Positions 10,293-19,299 of a stretch of DNA of 64,000 nt are shown piece after piece. Made by a program: the position numbers and the translations under genes. The notes under the pieces are model-generated. The model searched no databases, was not told where the DNA came from, and worked only from the letters and a program-made list of their open reading frames with translations. This DNA is from Elusimicrobiota bacterium (GTDB lineage Bacteria; Elusimicrobiota; Elusimicrobia; UBA1565; UBA9628): positions 5,519 through 69,518 of the forward strand of contig JACQPG010000050.1 of the NCBI GenBank assembly GCA_016207665.1, in the 5' to 3' direction. The first letter of the stretch is position 1. Each line of letters starts with the position of its first letter.

Positions 10293-11308
10293 CCGAGCGC
10301 TGTCAGAGCGGCGTCGCTGGGTTTCTGCCTGAAAGGCTGAATAGGACAGGCGGCCCAATGCCCGGGCTTGACCTCGATGAAGTCGGGCGAGTCGCGGCGG
10401 CAGGGCTTTTGGGCATAACGGCAGCGGGGATGAAAATGGCAGCCCGGCGGCGGCTTGAGCGGGCTAGGCACGTCTCCGGTCAGCAGGATGCGCTTGCGCC
10501 TTTTCTCGATGTTGGGATCAGGGATCGGCACCGCGGAGAGCAGGGCCTCGGTGTAAGGATGCTGGGGATCATTGAAGAGGGTCTCGGATTCCGCCAGCTC
10601 CACGACTCGGCCCAGGTACATGACCGCGATGCGGTTGCAGAGATGCCGCACCACGGAGAAATCATGGGAGATGAAGATATAGGTGAGCTTAAGCTCCCGC
10701 TGCAGATCCTTGAGGAGATTGAGGATTTGGGCCTGGATCGAGACGTCGAGCGCGGAGACGGGCTCGTCGGCGACGATCAGCTTGGGATTGAGAGCCAGGG
10801 CCCGGGCGATGCCGATGCGTTGGCGCTGGCCGCCCGAGAACTCATGGGGATGCCGCTCGAGGTGGCTTTGCGCGATGCCGCAGAACTCCAGCAGCTGGAG
10901 AAGGCGCTTGCGGCGCTCGGCCTTGTCCGGGTAGACGCCATGGATGATGAAGGGCTCGGTGATGATCGATTCGACCGTCATCCGGGGATTGAGACTCGAG
11001 AAGGGATCCTGGAATATGACCTGCATCTCGCGGCGCAGTCCGCGCAATTCGGAGGAGCGCATGCCGTAGATGGAGCGTCCCTCGAAGACCACGTCTCCCG
11101 CCGTGGGCTTGTCGAGGGCCAGTATCATGCGGCCGAGCGTGGTCTTGCCGCAGCCGGATTCTCCAACCACCGCGAAGCTCTCCTGGGGAAAAACCGAGAA
11201 GCTGACCCCATCGACGGCCTTGACCGTGCCCTTTTCGCCGAATAGTCCCTTGCGCACGGTGAAATGCTTCTTGATGTCCTTGACCTCGAGCAGCGGACGG
11301 GTGCTCAT
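10289..11308 (-). CDS. oppF: Peptide ABC transporter ATPase OppF/DppF
   Basis: [26 protein letters not shown]-terminal GCHFHPRC domain; start MSTRPLL coupled to oppD stop. Confidence 0.93.
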   Translation of the reverse strand: MSTRPLLEVKDIKKHFTVRKGLFGEKGTVKAVDGVSFSVFPQESFAVVGESGCGKTTLGRMILALDKPTAGDVVFEGRSIYGMRSSELRGLRREMQVIFQDPFSSLNPRMTVESIITEPFIIHGVYPDKAERRKRLLQLLEFCGIAQSHLERHPHEFSGGQRQRIGIARALALNPKLIVADEPVSALDVSIQAQILNLLKDLQRELKLTYIFISHDFSVVRHLCNRIAVMYLGRVVELAESETLFNDPQHPYTEALLSAVPIPDPNIEKRRKRILLTGDVPSPLKPPPGCHFHPRCRYAQKPCRRDSPDFIEVKPGHWAACPIQPFRQKPSDAALTALG

Positions 11309-12327
11309 GAAGGCGCGGCGCTCTGGGCCGGGGAATAACGGTGCCGGGACTGCTCGGATTCCGATTCCTGTTTCCAGCAATTGGAGACGCGGCCGCCCGG
11401 AAGATGAAAGTGCGGCGGGTCCTGGATGCGGCAGCGGTCCATGGCCACCGGACAGCGGACCACGAAAGGACAACCCGGGAACTCCCGAGTCAGCTCAGGG
11501 GGCTGGCCGCCGATGGCCTCGAGCCTCTCCTTGCGCGCGTAGATCGACGGCACGGAGCTCAGCAGGCCTTGGGTGTAGGGATGCTTGGGATCCTTGAAAA
11601 GCGAGTGTATGGACGCCTGTTCGATCTGCCGGCCGGCGTACATCACAGCCACGTCGTCGGCCATCTCGGCCACCACCCCGATATTGTGGGTGATGAGCAC
11701 GATTGCCATCCGGTATTCCTTTTGAAGGTCCCGCATCAGCTCGAGTATCTGGGCCTGTATGGTCACGTCCAAGGCCGTGGTCGGCTCATCGGCGATGAGC
11801 ACGTCCGGCTCGCAGGACAGGGCGATGGCGATCATGGCCCTTTGCCTCATGCCGCCCGAGAACTGATGCGGATAATCCTGCACGCGCTCTTCCGCGTGAG
11901 GGATCCCGACTTTCTTAAGGAGCTCGACGGCCTTGGCCCAGGCCTTTTCGCGGGTGGCTCCCTGGTGGAGCATCACCGCCTCCGCGATCTGCTCGCCCAC
12001 CGGCAGCACCGGATTGAGCGAGGTCATGGGCTCCTGGAATATCATGGCTATGCGATTGCCCCGGATGTCCCCCATGCCCTGCGGGCCGAGCGCCAGGAGA
12101 TCCCGCCCGTTGAACAATATTTCCCCCGCCACGATGCGGGCGGGCGGCTCGGGCAACAGCCTCAGGATGGAGAGGGCATGCACGCTCTTGCCCGAGCCTG
12201 ATTCGCCCACGACGGCCAGGGTCTTTCCCGGGTAAAGGTCGTAGCTGATGCCGTCTACGGCGCGGATGACCGAATCGTCAAGATGAAAATAAGTCCGCAA
12301 ACCGCGGACCGAAAGGACAGGCTCCAC
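11305..12327 (-). CDS. oppD: Peptide ABC transporter ATPase OppD/DppD
   Basis: [34 protein letters not shown]. Confidence 0.93.
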   Translation of the reverse strand: MEPVLSVRGLRTYFHLDDSVIRAVDGISYDLYPGKTLAVVGESGSGKSVHALSILRLLPEPPARIVAGEILFNGRDLLALGPQGMGDIRGNRIAMIFQEPMTSLNPVLPVGEQIAEAVMLHQGATREKAWAKAVELLKKVGIPHAEERVQDYPHQFSGGMRQRAMIAIALSCEPDVLIADEPTTALDVTIQAQILELMRDLQKEYRMAIVLITHNIGVVAEMADDVAVMYAGRQIEQASIHSLFKDPKHPYTQGLLSSVPSIYARKERLEAIGGQPPELTREFPGCPFVVRCPVAMDRCRIQDPPHFHLPGGRVSNCWKQESESEQSRHRYSPAQSAAPS

Positions 12328-12353
12328 TCAGGATTTTCTCTACTTTGCCGCCG

Positions 12354-12587
12354 TTAGATAGCGGTCGTTATGAGGCTCTCGGTTGACAAGACTCCGGGGA
12401 TCGCGCGGATGCCCCTGACGACCACGTTCGAAAGGGTGGAAAGATCGTCCGTCTCGATATCCAGCACCAGGTCCCAGCGGCCGAACACCGCGGTGACGTG
12501 CGAAACGCCCCTGGTGGCCTTGATCTGAGCTAGAGCCCCCTTTTCCTTGCCCGCCATCAGACGAACCAGAACCAGTCCGGTGACCAT
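12354..12587 (-). CDS. Lrp/AsnC ligand-binding (RAM) domain-only protein
   Basis: VTAVFGRWDLVLDIET...IRAIPGVLSTESLI; no HTH; SD GAGGGGTG before ATG. Confidence 0.8.
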   Translation of the reverse strand: MVTGLVLVRLMAGKEKGALAQIKATRGVSHVTAVFGRWDLVLDIETDDLSTLSNVVVRGIRAIPGVLSTESLITTAI

Positions 12588-12710
12588 GTTCACCCCTCGA
12601 TATACGGCCTCAAATATGCCGAAGTCGAACGATGTTTTCAGTATATCAAAAAAGTTGATATGATTGACGCTCGCCTACTGGCGCGGATTAGGAAGTGCGT
12701 CAGCTCCTTC

Positions 12711-14255
12711 ATGAAATCCCAGCATAGAAAGAAGGGCCTGAAGGTTTTCGCGGCGCTGGCGGTGTTGTACGCCATCGCCTTCTCTGGCGAGACTCTCTGG
12801 CGGCGGCGCACCCGGGCCGTGGTGCTGGAACCCTCCAAATCCTCCTATTTCCACTATGAGTTCATCGAGATACGCCTAAGCAGCCGCGATCCGGCCCTGA
12901 GACGCCGGTGGCGGCAGTCGCCTCCCAAGGTCGTGGTCACGCGCGGGGGCCAGCCCGTCACGACCATCGCCTCCATCAGGGAAATGGCGTTGCAGCCCGA
13001 CGAATCGACCGGGATGTGGTCCGCGCGTTGGCCCTGCCCATGGAACGCGCCTACCGGTGTCTATGAGCTGAAGCTGGTCGAACCCGGCGACTTGGGCGAG
13101 CGCCTGACCGCCCGTCCGTTTTCCATCCGGCGCCGCAAGCCCAAGCCCGTGCCCCACCGTTTCGCCGTCCTGACCTTGGAGAGCGTGAGGCCGTTGCGGA
13201 CCATGAAGGTGAGGACTCCGGACGGAGAGATCAAGGATTGGCGCGGTCTCTTCGATTGGGTGGAATATATCGGCGCCGACGCCTTCTGGGTATTGGCGGG
13301 ACGGACTCCAGGGGACCGGCCGCAAGAGGTCTGGTTGAGCCACAACCTTCCCATGATCCCGGAGCTGGCCAAGGAATCTCGCCGGCGGGGCATCAAGTTC
13401 GGCGTCTATGTCATGTGCTATCTGACGCTTTCTAGCGACCGGCTGTCGCGCTACGAGTACGCTCTCGACGTCCAGGACGGGCGGCCCGTGCCGACCCGCG
13501 CCATTTCCATACGCGATCCCCGGCGCGCCGAGGACGTGGGCGCGCTCCTCGAGCGCATGCGCGATATCCCGGAGGTCGATTATCTGGGCCTGGATTACAT
13601 ACGCAATCCCTTGGGAGGGTATGAGCTGGTGGACGATTTCTATCGCGAGATGCCGGTGTCCCCCCCTCCCGGCTGGGACAAATTGAGCCGGGAGGAGCGC
13701 ATGGTGTATTTCGTGCGCAAGAAGATCATGCGCCTCGATAGGGACTTCATCGACGCCTGGCAGTGGTGGCGGGCGCATCGCGTGGCCGGCATAGTCAGGG
13801 GCATCAAGGCGAGGCTCGGCGACTCCAAGCCCTTGTGGGCCTTCACCTTGACCTGGGACAAGGGCTGGCATCACGGTCAGGATCCGGTGATGATGAACGA
13901 CGCCGGAGTCGATGCCGATGCTCTGATGCTTTATGAGGCCGATGAGTCGCAGTTCGCGGCCATGATGCGGGACTGGAGCCGCTATGTCCGGAAAGACGAC
14001 GTCCAGCTCATCGTCGGCGACGTGATCGATTGGAATCTCCATCAGAAACACCCGGAGGGTCCCAAGGAGTTTTATCGACGCACGGTCGAGGCCATCAACA
14101 AGATCCACGCGGACGGGATGGCGACCGGAGTCTTTTTTCACGATCTCGACCGCGCGCTTTGGGGGCGCTTGGGCCCCTGGGACAGCCGGGCATGGATGGA
14201 CGAGGCGCGCCGCGCCGTCCAGTATTTCAAGGCCTCGGGAGTCGTCGCGCGATGA
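12711..14255 (+). CDS. Membrane-anchored putative glycoside hydrolase (GHL10/DUF187-like TIM barrel)
   Basis: N-terminal hydrophobic anchor, Ig-like region, ELAKESRRRGIKFGVY and VDYLGLDYIR motifs typical of DUF187-like hydrolases. Confidence 0.55.
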   Translation: MKSQHRKKGLKVFAALAVLYAIAFSGETLWRRRTRAVVLEPSKSSYFHYEFIEIRLSSRDPALRRRWRQSPPKVVVTRGGQPVTTIASIREMALQPDESTGMWSARWPCPWNAPTGVYELKLVEPGDLGERLTARPFSIRRRKPKPVPHRFAVLTLESVRPLRTMKVRTPDGEIKDWRGLFDWVEYIGADAFWVLAGRTPGDRPQEVWLSHNLPMIPELAKESRRRGIKFGVYVMCYLTLSSDRLSRYEYALDVQDGRPVPTRAISIRDPRRAEDVGALLERMRDIPEVDYLGLDYIRNPLGGYELVDDFYREMPVSPPPGWDKLSREERMVYFVRKKIMRLDRDFIDAWQWWRAHRVAGIVRGIKARLGDSKPLWAFTLTWDKGWHHGQDPVMMNDAGVDADALMLYEADESQFAAMMRDWSRYVRKDDVQLIVGDVIDWNLHQKHPEGPKEFYRRTVEAINKIHADGMATGVFFHDLDRALWGRLGPWDSRAWMDEARRAVQYFKASGVVAR

Positions 14256-14749
14256 GAGCGTGGGCGGCGGCGGCGCTTCTGTGGATCGGAGCAGCGTTTC
14301 CTTCTTTGTGCTCGGCTCAAGTGCCGGAGCCGGCCCGGGAGGACGTTCGCCTGCCCGCTCCCGAGCCCTCTCCCGCAAAAAAAAGGAAGGGCAAGGACAA
14401 TCCTCCCTTAGCCCTGGCCCTGGACCTCGCTTTCGGCCCCACGGTATGGGCTCAAGTCCAGATCTCCACGGCGGGGCCCGTGGTCGAGCTGAGCAAGCTG
14501 GTCAAGGAGGGCTATTACAAGCTGGAGCTCATCCAGCTCATCCTGATGAGTTCTCAGTCCAAACGGCCGCTCAAGGAGCTGCTCGAGAAGCGCCGCAAGG
14601 GCGCCAAGCTGGCCGAGATCGCTTGGGACCTGGGCCTCGATTATGAGAAGCTCTACGGCTCGGCTCTGGCCGTCCAGGAGCTCGTGGACAAGGAGTATCT
14701 TCCCCGCTTTCCCGAGACTCGCCTGCGTCGCGCCGGCGAGGAGCCTTGA
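14252..14749 (+). CDS. Hypothetical exported protein
   Basis: ATGA-coupled; MRAWAAAALLWIGAAFPSLCSA signal peptide; helical C-terminus. Confidence 0.7.
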   Translation: MRAWAAAALLWIGAAFPSLCSAQVPEPAREDVRLPAPEPSPAKKRKGKDNPPLALALDLAFGPTVWAQVQISTAGPVVELSKLVKEGYYKLELIQLILMSSQSKRPLKELLEKRRKGAKLAEIAWDLGLDYEKLYGSALAVQELVDKEYLPRFPETRLRRAGEEP

Positions 14750-15213
14750 GCGGGTTCCTGGCTTGCGCGCTGGCGCTGGCTCTCAACGCCGGCCCCGCGG
14801 CGCCTCTCAAGGCGCCGAAGCGGACCCGCTTGGAGCTTCCCAGCGGCGACAGGCTCATGGTCGACGTGGTCGACACTCCGGCCGAGCGCATGAAAGGGCT
14901 GATGTTCCGCCGTTCGCTTCCCAAGGATTATGGGATGCTTTTCGTGTTTCCGGCGCAGACCTGGCAGACCTTCTGGATGAAGAACACCTGGGTGAGCCTC
15001 GATATCGTATTCATCGACAAGGATAAAAAGGTGACCGCCATCTATCACGAGGTTCGCCCTTCCACGCCCAAGACCAGCGACTTGGAAGTCGCGCGCGTCA
15101 GCGGATTGGGCCAATTCGTGCTGGAGTTGCCGGCCGGCGCGGCGCGGCGCTACTCGCTTGATAAAGGCCGACTCGTCGACTTCAACCCCCCTATAACGCC
15201 CCCAAGGCGCTAA
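14746..15213 (+). CDS. DUF192 domain protein
   Basis: DTPAERMKGLMFR, GMLFVF, FWMKNTWVSLDIVFID, VLELPAG. Confidence 0.9.
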   Translation: MSGFLACALALALNAGPAAPLKAPKRTRLELPSGDRLMVDVVDTPAERMKGLMFRRSLPKDYGMLFVFPAQTWQTFWMKNTWVSLDIVFIDKDKKVTAIYHEVRPSTPKTSDLEVARVSGLGQFVLELPAGAARRYSLDKGRLVDFNPPITPPRR

Positions 15214-15327
15214 AGGCCCAGGTTCCGCTTCATCTTATAGACGGTGTTCAAGGTCACCCCGAGCACCGACCGGCCAATCGCATACCACCGCGCGGGTAAT
15301 TGTCATATAATCTTCACACGTCCGTCG

Positions 15328-16416
15328 ATGAGCCCCTCCCTAATGTCTTTCGAACCGATATTCCGCCTGAGCCTGCTGATCAGCCTGGCCTTGCTCGGCT
15401 TCGTGGCGCTGCTCATCGTGGCCCTCATCATCTCCAAGGGCCTGCGCCAGCTCTGGCTTCGTTACTCGAGCTGGCGAGAGGATCGGTTTAGACGTTTGGT
15501 GCTGGGGGCGATCGCGACCGATCATCCCCAGGCGGCCGGCCGGCTTTTGTCTTGCTTGTCCTGGCCCGGGGACAGGAGGGTGGTCAAGGCGTATCTATTG
15601 CGCCTGGCCGAGGGGCTCAGCGGGCATGGACGGGAGCGCATATACGCGCTGTTCGAGAGCGCCGGATTTGCCGACGACGAGATAGGACGGTTGGGCAGTT
15701 GGCGCTGGTGGGTCCGAGCCCAGGCCGCCCAGAGGCTGGGGATCATGATGTGCAGCAAGGCCGCGCCCGAGCTGGTGCTGGCGCTCGATGACCGCTCCAT
15801 CGAGGTGAGGCTCATGGCCGCCTGGGCCCTGGGCCGCTTCGGCGATTGGCCGGCGCTTTTCCGGATCGTGGAGGCCTTGGCGCGCTACTCGAAGCTGGCC
15901 ACGCTCCGGGTGACCGAAATCATCATGCAGATCGGCGCGGCCGCCGGTCCCATGGTCGAGCTGTTGCTCAAGCATGCCGATGAGGACGTCAGGCTCCTGG
16001 CCGTTCGGCTGGCCGGGCTGATCAAGGATGAGAAGGCCGCCGGGCAATTGCGGGAGTTCGTGAAGGATCCATCCGTCGACATCAGGGTCGCTTCCTGCGA
16101 GGCCCTCGGGGCCTTGGGCGGGGCGCGGGGCGCGAGCTCGCTGGTGGAGGCTCTCTCGGACGCGGCCTGGCCGGTGCGCGCCAAGGCGGCGCTCATGCTG
16201 GGCCGTCTGGCCTTGCCCCAGACCGCCGAGGCCTTGAGGACGACTCTTTCGGACCCGGCCTGGTGGGTGAGGCTCAACAGCGGACGGGCCTTGAGCCGGA
16301 TGGGTCAAGCGGGGCGCGAGATACTCCAGTCCGCGCTCTCCCATCCCGATCGCTTCGCCCGTGATATGGCGGCGCAATGGCTCGATGAATCCGAGCCGGC
16401 GCTGGGGACCCGATGA
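15328..16416 (+). CDS. Membrane-anchored HEAT-repeat protein
   Basis: N-terminal TM helix then repeated WWVRAQAAQRLG / VRLMAAWALG / WPVRAKAALMLG HEAT-like units. Confidence 0.85.
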   Translation: MSPSLMSFEPIFRLSLLISLALLGFVALLIVALIISKGLRQLWLRYSSWREDRFRRLVLGAIATDHPQAAGRLLSCLSWPGDRRVVKAYLLRLAEGLSGHGRERIYALFESAGFADDEIGRLGSWRWWVRAQAAQRLGIMMCSKAAPELVLALDDRSIEVRLMAAWALGRFGDWPALFRIVEALARYSKLATLRVTEIIMQIGAAAGPMVELLLKHADEDVRLLAVRLAGLIKDEKAAGQLREFVKDPSVDIRVASCEALGALGGARGASSLVEALSDAAWPVRAKAALMLGRLALPQTAEALRTTLSDPAWWVRLNSGRALSRMGQAGREILQSALSHPDRFARDMAAQWLDESEPALGTR

Positions 16417-18587
16417 CGGGTTTCAATCTTTACGCGGCTCTCGAGATATACCAGGCGGGCCTGCTCTTCTATTTCATCGCGGTCAATATAGTCTATCTGG
16501 CCCTTTTCCTGATCTCGCTCTCGGCCATCGTCGATTATCTGCATCACAAGGGCTATCGCAACGCGCAGGAGGTGTTGCGCTCCCGATTGACGCCCCCGAT
16601 CTCGGTGCTTGTCCCGGCCCACAATGAAGCCGTGAGCATCGTCGCCAGCGTGCGCAGCCTGCTTCAATTGAACTATCCTGAATACGAAGTGATCGTGATC
16701 AACGACGGCTCGACAGATCGCACCCTGCAAGCCTTGACCGAGGCCTTCGGCCTGAGGAAGACCAAGCGCGTCTATCACCGCACCTTGCCCACGGCCGAGG
16801 TGCGCGGCCTATACGCAGGAGCCAAGACCTTTCCTTGGGTCACGCTCACGGTCATAGACAAGGAGAAGGGCGGCAAGGCCGATGCTCTCAACGCGGGCAT
16901 CAACGTCTCCCAATACCCGCTCTTCTGTTCGGTGGACGCCGACTCGATACTCGAGCGCGATTCTCTATTGCGCGTGGTCATGCCCTTCATGGAACGCTTC
17001 GCGGTCATGATGGGGGTCGGCGGCATCGTGCGGGTGGCCAACGGTTGCGCGATATCCGACGGATTCGTGCAACGGATCCGGTTGCCGAGGCGCTGGCTGC
17101 CGTGCTTCCAGGCCGTCGAATACCTCAGGGCGTTCTTATCCGGCCGCGTCGCCTGGAGCCGTATGAACGGTCTGCTGATTCTTTCCGGGGCCTTTTCTCT
17201 GTTCCGCAAGGACCCCGTCTTGGCGGCCGGCGGCTATCAACGCGGCAGCGTGGGCGAGGACATGGACCTGGTGGTGAGGCTGCACATGAACGCCGCGGGA
17301 CGGTCCGGGCCGCGCGAGATCGCCTTTGTCCCGGATCCGGTCTGCTGGACCGAGGTGCCGGAGAGCTTCAAGACGCTTTGGCGGCAACGCAATCGCTGGC
17401 ATCGGGGGCTGGGCCAGTCCTTGGCCGGCCACGCCAGCCTGATCTTTAACCCGCGCTTCGGCCTGATCGGGATTTTCGCGGCCCCGTATTTCTGGTTCGT
17501 GGAGTTCCTAAGTCCGGTGATCGAGCTTTCGGGCTACGCGGTGTTCGCGCTCTCGTGGGCGCTCGGGTCGGTACGCTGGGACGCCTTCGCCGCCTTCCTA
17601 ATACTATCCATATTGATGGGAGTGAACCTGTCCTTGCTGGCCGTTCTCCTTGAGGAGTTCACCCTTCATCGCTACCCCAGGATACGGGACTTGCTCAAGC
17701 TCCTGGCCTGCGCCGTCGCGGAAAATCTGGGCTATCGGCAGTTCGTCAGCCTTGCCCGCCTTCATGGGCTGATCGATTGGCTGCGCAACGAGACCTTGTG
17801 GGGCTCCATGGATAGAAAGGGCCTGCAGTCGGCGGCTCTGTTCCTGGGCCTTTTGGCCACCGCTTGCTTGTGCCGGGCTTCCATGGCGCTCAACGCTGGG
17901 CTCGGCTATGAGGATTTCTCTTTCGCCGGAGCGGGCCGCAGCTCGTGGATCAGGGTTGATCGCCGTCTTTCCCGGGGGTCCATCTCCGGCGGCCTTACGC
18001 GCATCGAGCGCTTCGGCGAACGCGAGGCCCAAGGGGAGCTGGGTCTGGGCGCCAGGCTCGGCCCGAGCGCGGGACTCGAGTTGGGGGCCAGCGCTTCCCC
18101 GGAGGCTCATATACTCCCCGAGTGGTCGGCCGCGGCGGTGCTTTACTGGAACCCCCGGAGGCCGGTGACGATCAGCCCCGGCCTGCGCAGCGCCGGCTTT
18201 CGCGCGGCCGGGGTGCATACGGCCAGCCTGGGGATCGAAGCCCAGGCCGCGCCCGGCCTCGCGGTTTTGGTCCGCGGCTTCGGCAGCGTGACTCAATTCC
18301 GCGGCTCGCGCGCCGAGGACTGGACCCCCGCCGTCCTGCTCGCGCTCCGCGCTCAGCCGATGGATTGGCTTCTTGTCGCGCCCTCGTTCGCCTATCGGGA
18401 GGAATCCTTCGAGGCCGGCGCTCCGGGCAGCGGCATCTCGCGCACCTTCCAAGCGCATGCCGCCCGTCTCGATCTATCGGCCGGCCGAGAGCGGGGCTGG
18501 GCCGCGAGGGCGGCTTGGGAATACGAGAGAAGGGTCCCTAAGAACTTCGTCAGGCGCTACGAGTTGGGACTCAGCTACCGGTTCTAG
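16413..18587 (+). CDS. Processive GT2 glycosyltransferase (PgaC/IcaA/YaiP-like) fused to C-terminal YaiO-like outer-membrane beta-barrel
   Basis: PAHNE, NDGSTD, GGKADALNAG, VDADS, GEDMDL, QRNRW motifs; after WGSMDRKG the frame continues ~250 aa of amphipathic strands ending YELGLSYRF. Confidence 0.8.
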   Translation: MTGFNLYAALEIYQAGLLFYFIAVNIVYLALFLISLSAIVDYLHHKGYRNAQEVLRSRLTPPISVLVPAHNEAVSIVASVRSLLQLNYPEYEVIVINDGSTDRTLQALTEAFGLRKTKRVYHRTLPTAEVRGLYAGAKTFPWVTLTVIDKEKGGKADALNAGINVSQYPLFCSVDADSILERDSLLRVVMPFMERFAVMMGVGGIVRVANGCAISDGFVQRIRLPRRWLPCFQAVEYLRAFLSGRVAWSRMNGLLILSGAFSLFRKDPVLAAGGYQRGSVGEDMDLVVRLHMNAAGRSGPREIAFVPDPVCWTEVPESFKTLWRQRNRWHRGLGQSLAGHASLIFNPRFGLIGIFAAPYFWFVEFLSPVIELSGYAVFALSWALGSVRWDAFAAFLILSILMGVNLSLLAVLLEEFTLHRYPRIRDLLKLLACAVAENLGYRQFVSLARLHGLIDWLRNETLWGSMDRKGLQSAALFLGLLATACLCRASMALNAGLGYEDFSFAGAGRSSWIRVDRRLSRGSISGGLTRIERFGEREAQGELGLGARLGPSAGLELGASASPEAHILPEWSAAAVLYWNPRRPVTISPGLRSAGFRAAGVHTASLGIEAQAAPGLAVLVRGFGSVTQFRGSRAEDWTPAVLLALRAQPMDWLLVAPSFAYREESFEAGAPGSGISRTFQAHAARLDLSAGRERGWAARAAWEYERRVPKNFVRRYELGLSYRF

Positions 18588-19273
18588 CCCTTGGCGTCGA
18601 AGCGATAACCGAATCCCCGCACCGCGGTGATCATGCTCGCCACCGGCCCCAGCTTGTCGCGCAGATGGCTCAAGGTGACGTCGACCACCTTGGTGGTCAG
18701 GTTGAGGCCCGCCTCGTAGCCCCAGACGTATTGCAGGAGGAAGTCGCGGGTCAGCACGTGGTTGCGGCGATACATCAAATACCAGAGCAGGTCGAACTCC
18801 TTGGCGCTCAAAGGGACTTCCTTGTTCTTGATGAAGGTCTTGCGCGACTCGCGCTCCAGGCGCAAATCCCCCGCGGTCTGTATCGCGGGCTCCTCCATCC
18901 GTCCGGTGCGACGCAGCAAGGTCTCGACACGGGCGACCAACTCCTCGGTATTGAAGGGCTTGGCCAAGTAATCGTCGGCGCCGCTCTTGAGCCCGGAGAC
19001 TCGTTCCTCGACGGCCTTCTTGGCGGTCAGGATCAGCAGGGGCAGATTGTTGGATCTCTGGTCGCCCCTGATCTGGCGGCAGAGATCGATGCCGTCGCCG
19101 TCGGGGAGATTGCGGTCCAGTATCATGATCGTCGGCAGGGACTTCTCGAGGGCGTTCCTGGCCTTGGCCAAGGACTCGACGACCTTGACCTCGTAGCCCT
19201 CCTGCTTGAGCACCTCGGAGATCAAGTTCGATGTGGCGGCCTGATCCTCAACGACCAACACTGATGCCTTCAT
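18584..19273 (-). CDS. OmpR/PhoB family response regulator
   Basis: VLVVED, ILDRNLPDGDG, GADDYLAKPF, winged helix VRGFGY. Confidence 0.92.
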   Translation of the reverse strand: MKASVLVVEDQAATSNLISEVLKQEGYEVKVVESLAKARNALEKSLPTIMILDRNLPDGDGIDLCRQIRGDQRSNNLPLLILTAKKAVEERVSGLKSGADDYLAKPFNTEELVARVETLLRRTGRMEEPAIQTAGDLRLERESRKTFIKNKEVPLSAKEFDLLWYLMYRRNHVLTRDFLLQYVWGYEAGLNLTTKVVDVTLSHLRDKLGPVASMITAVRGFGYRFDAKG

Positions 19274-19299
19274 GATCGCATTATGATAGCACAACGGGG

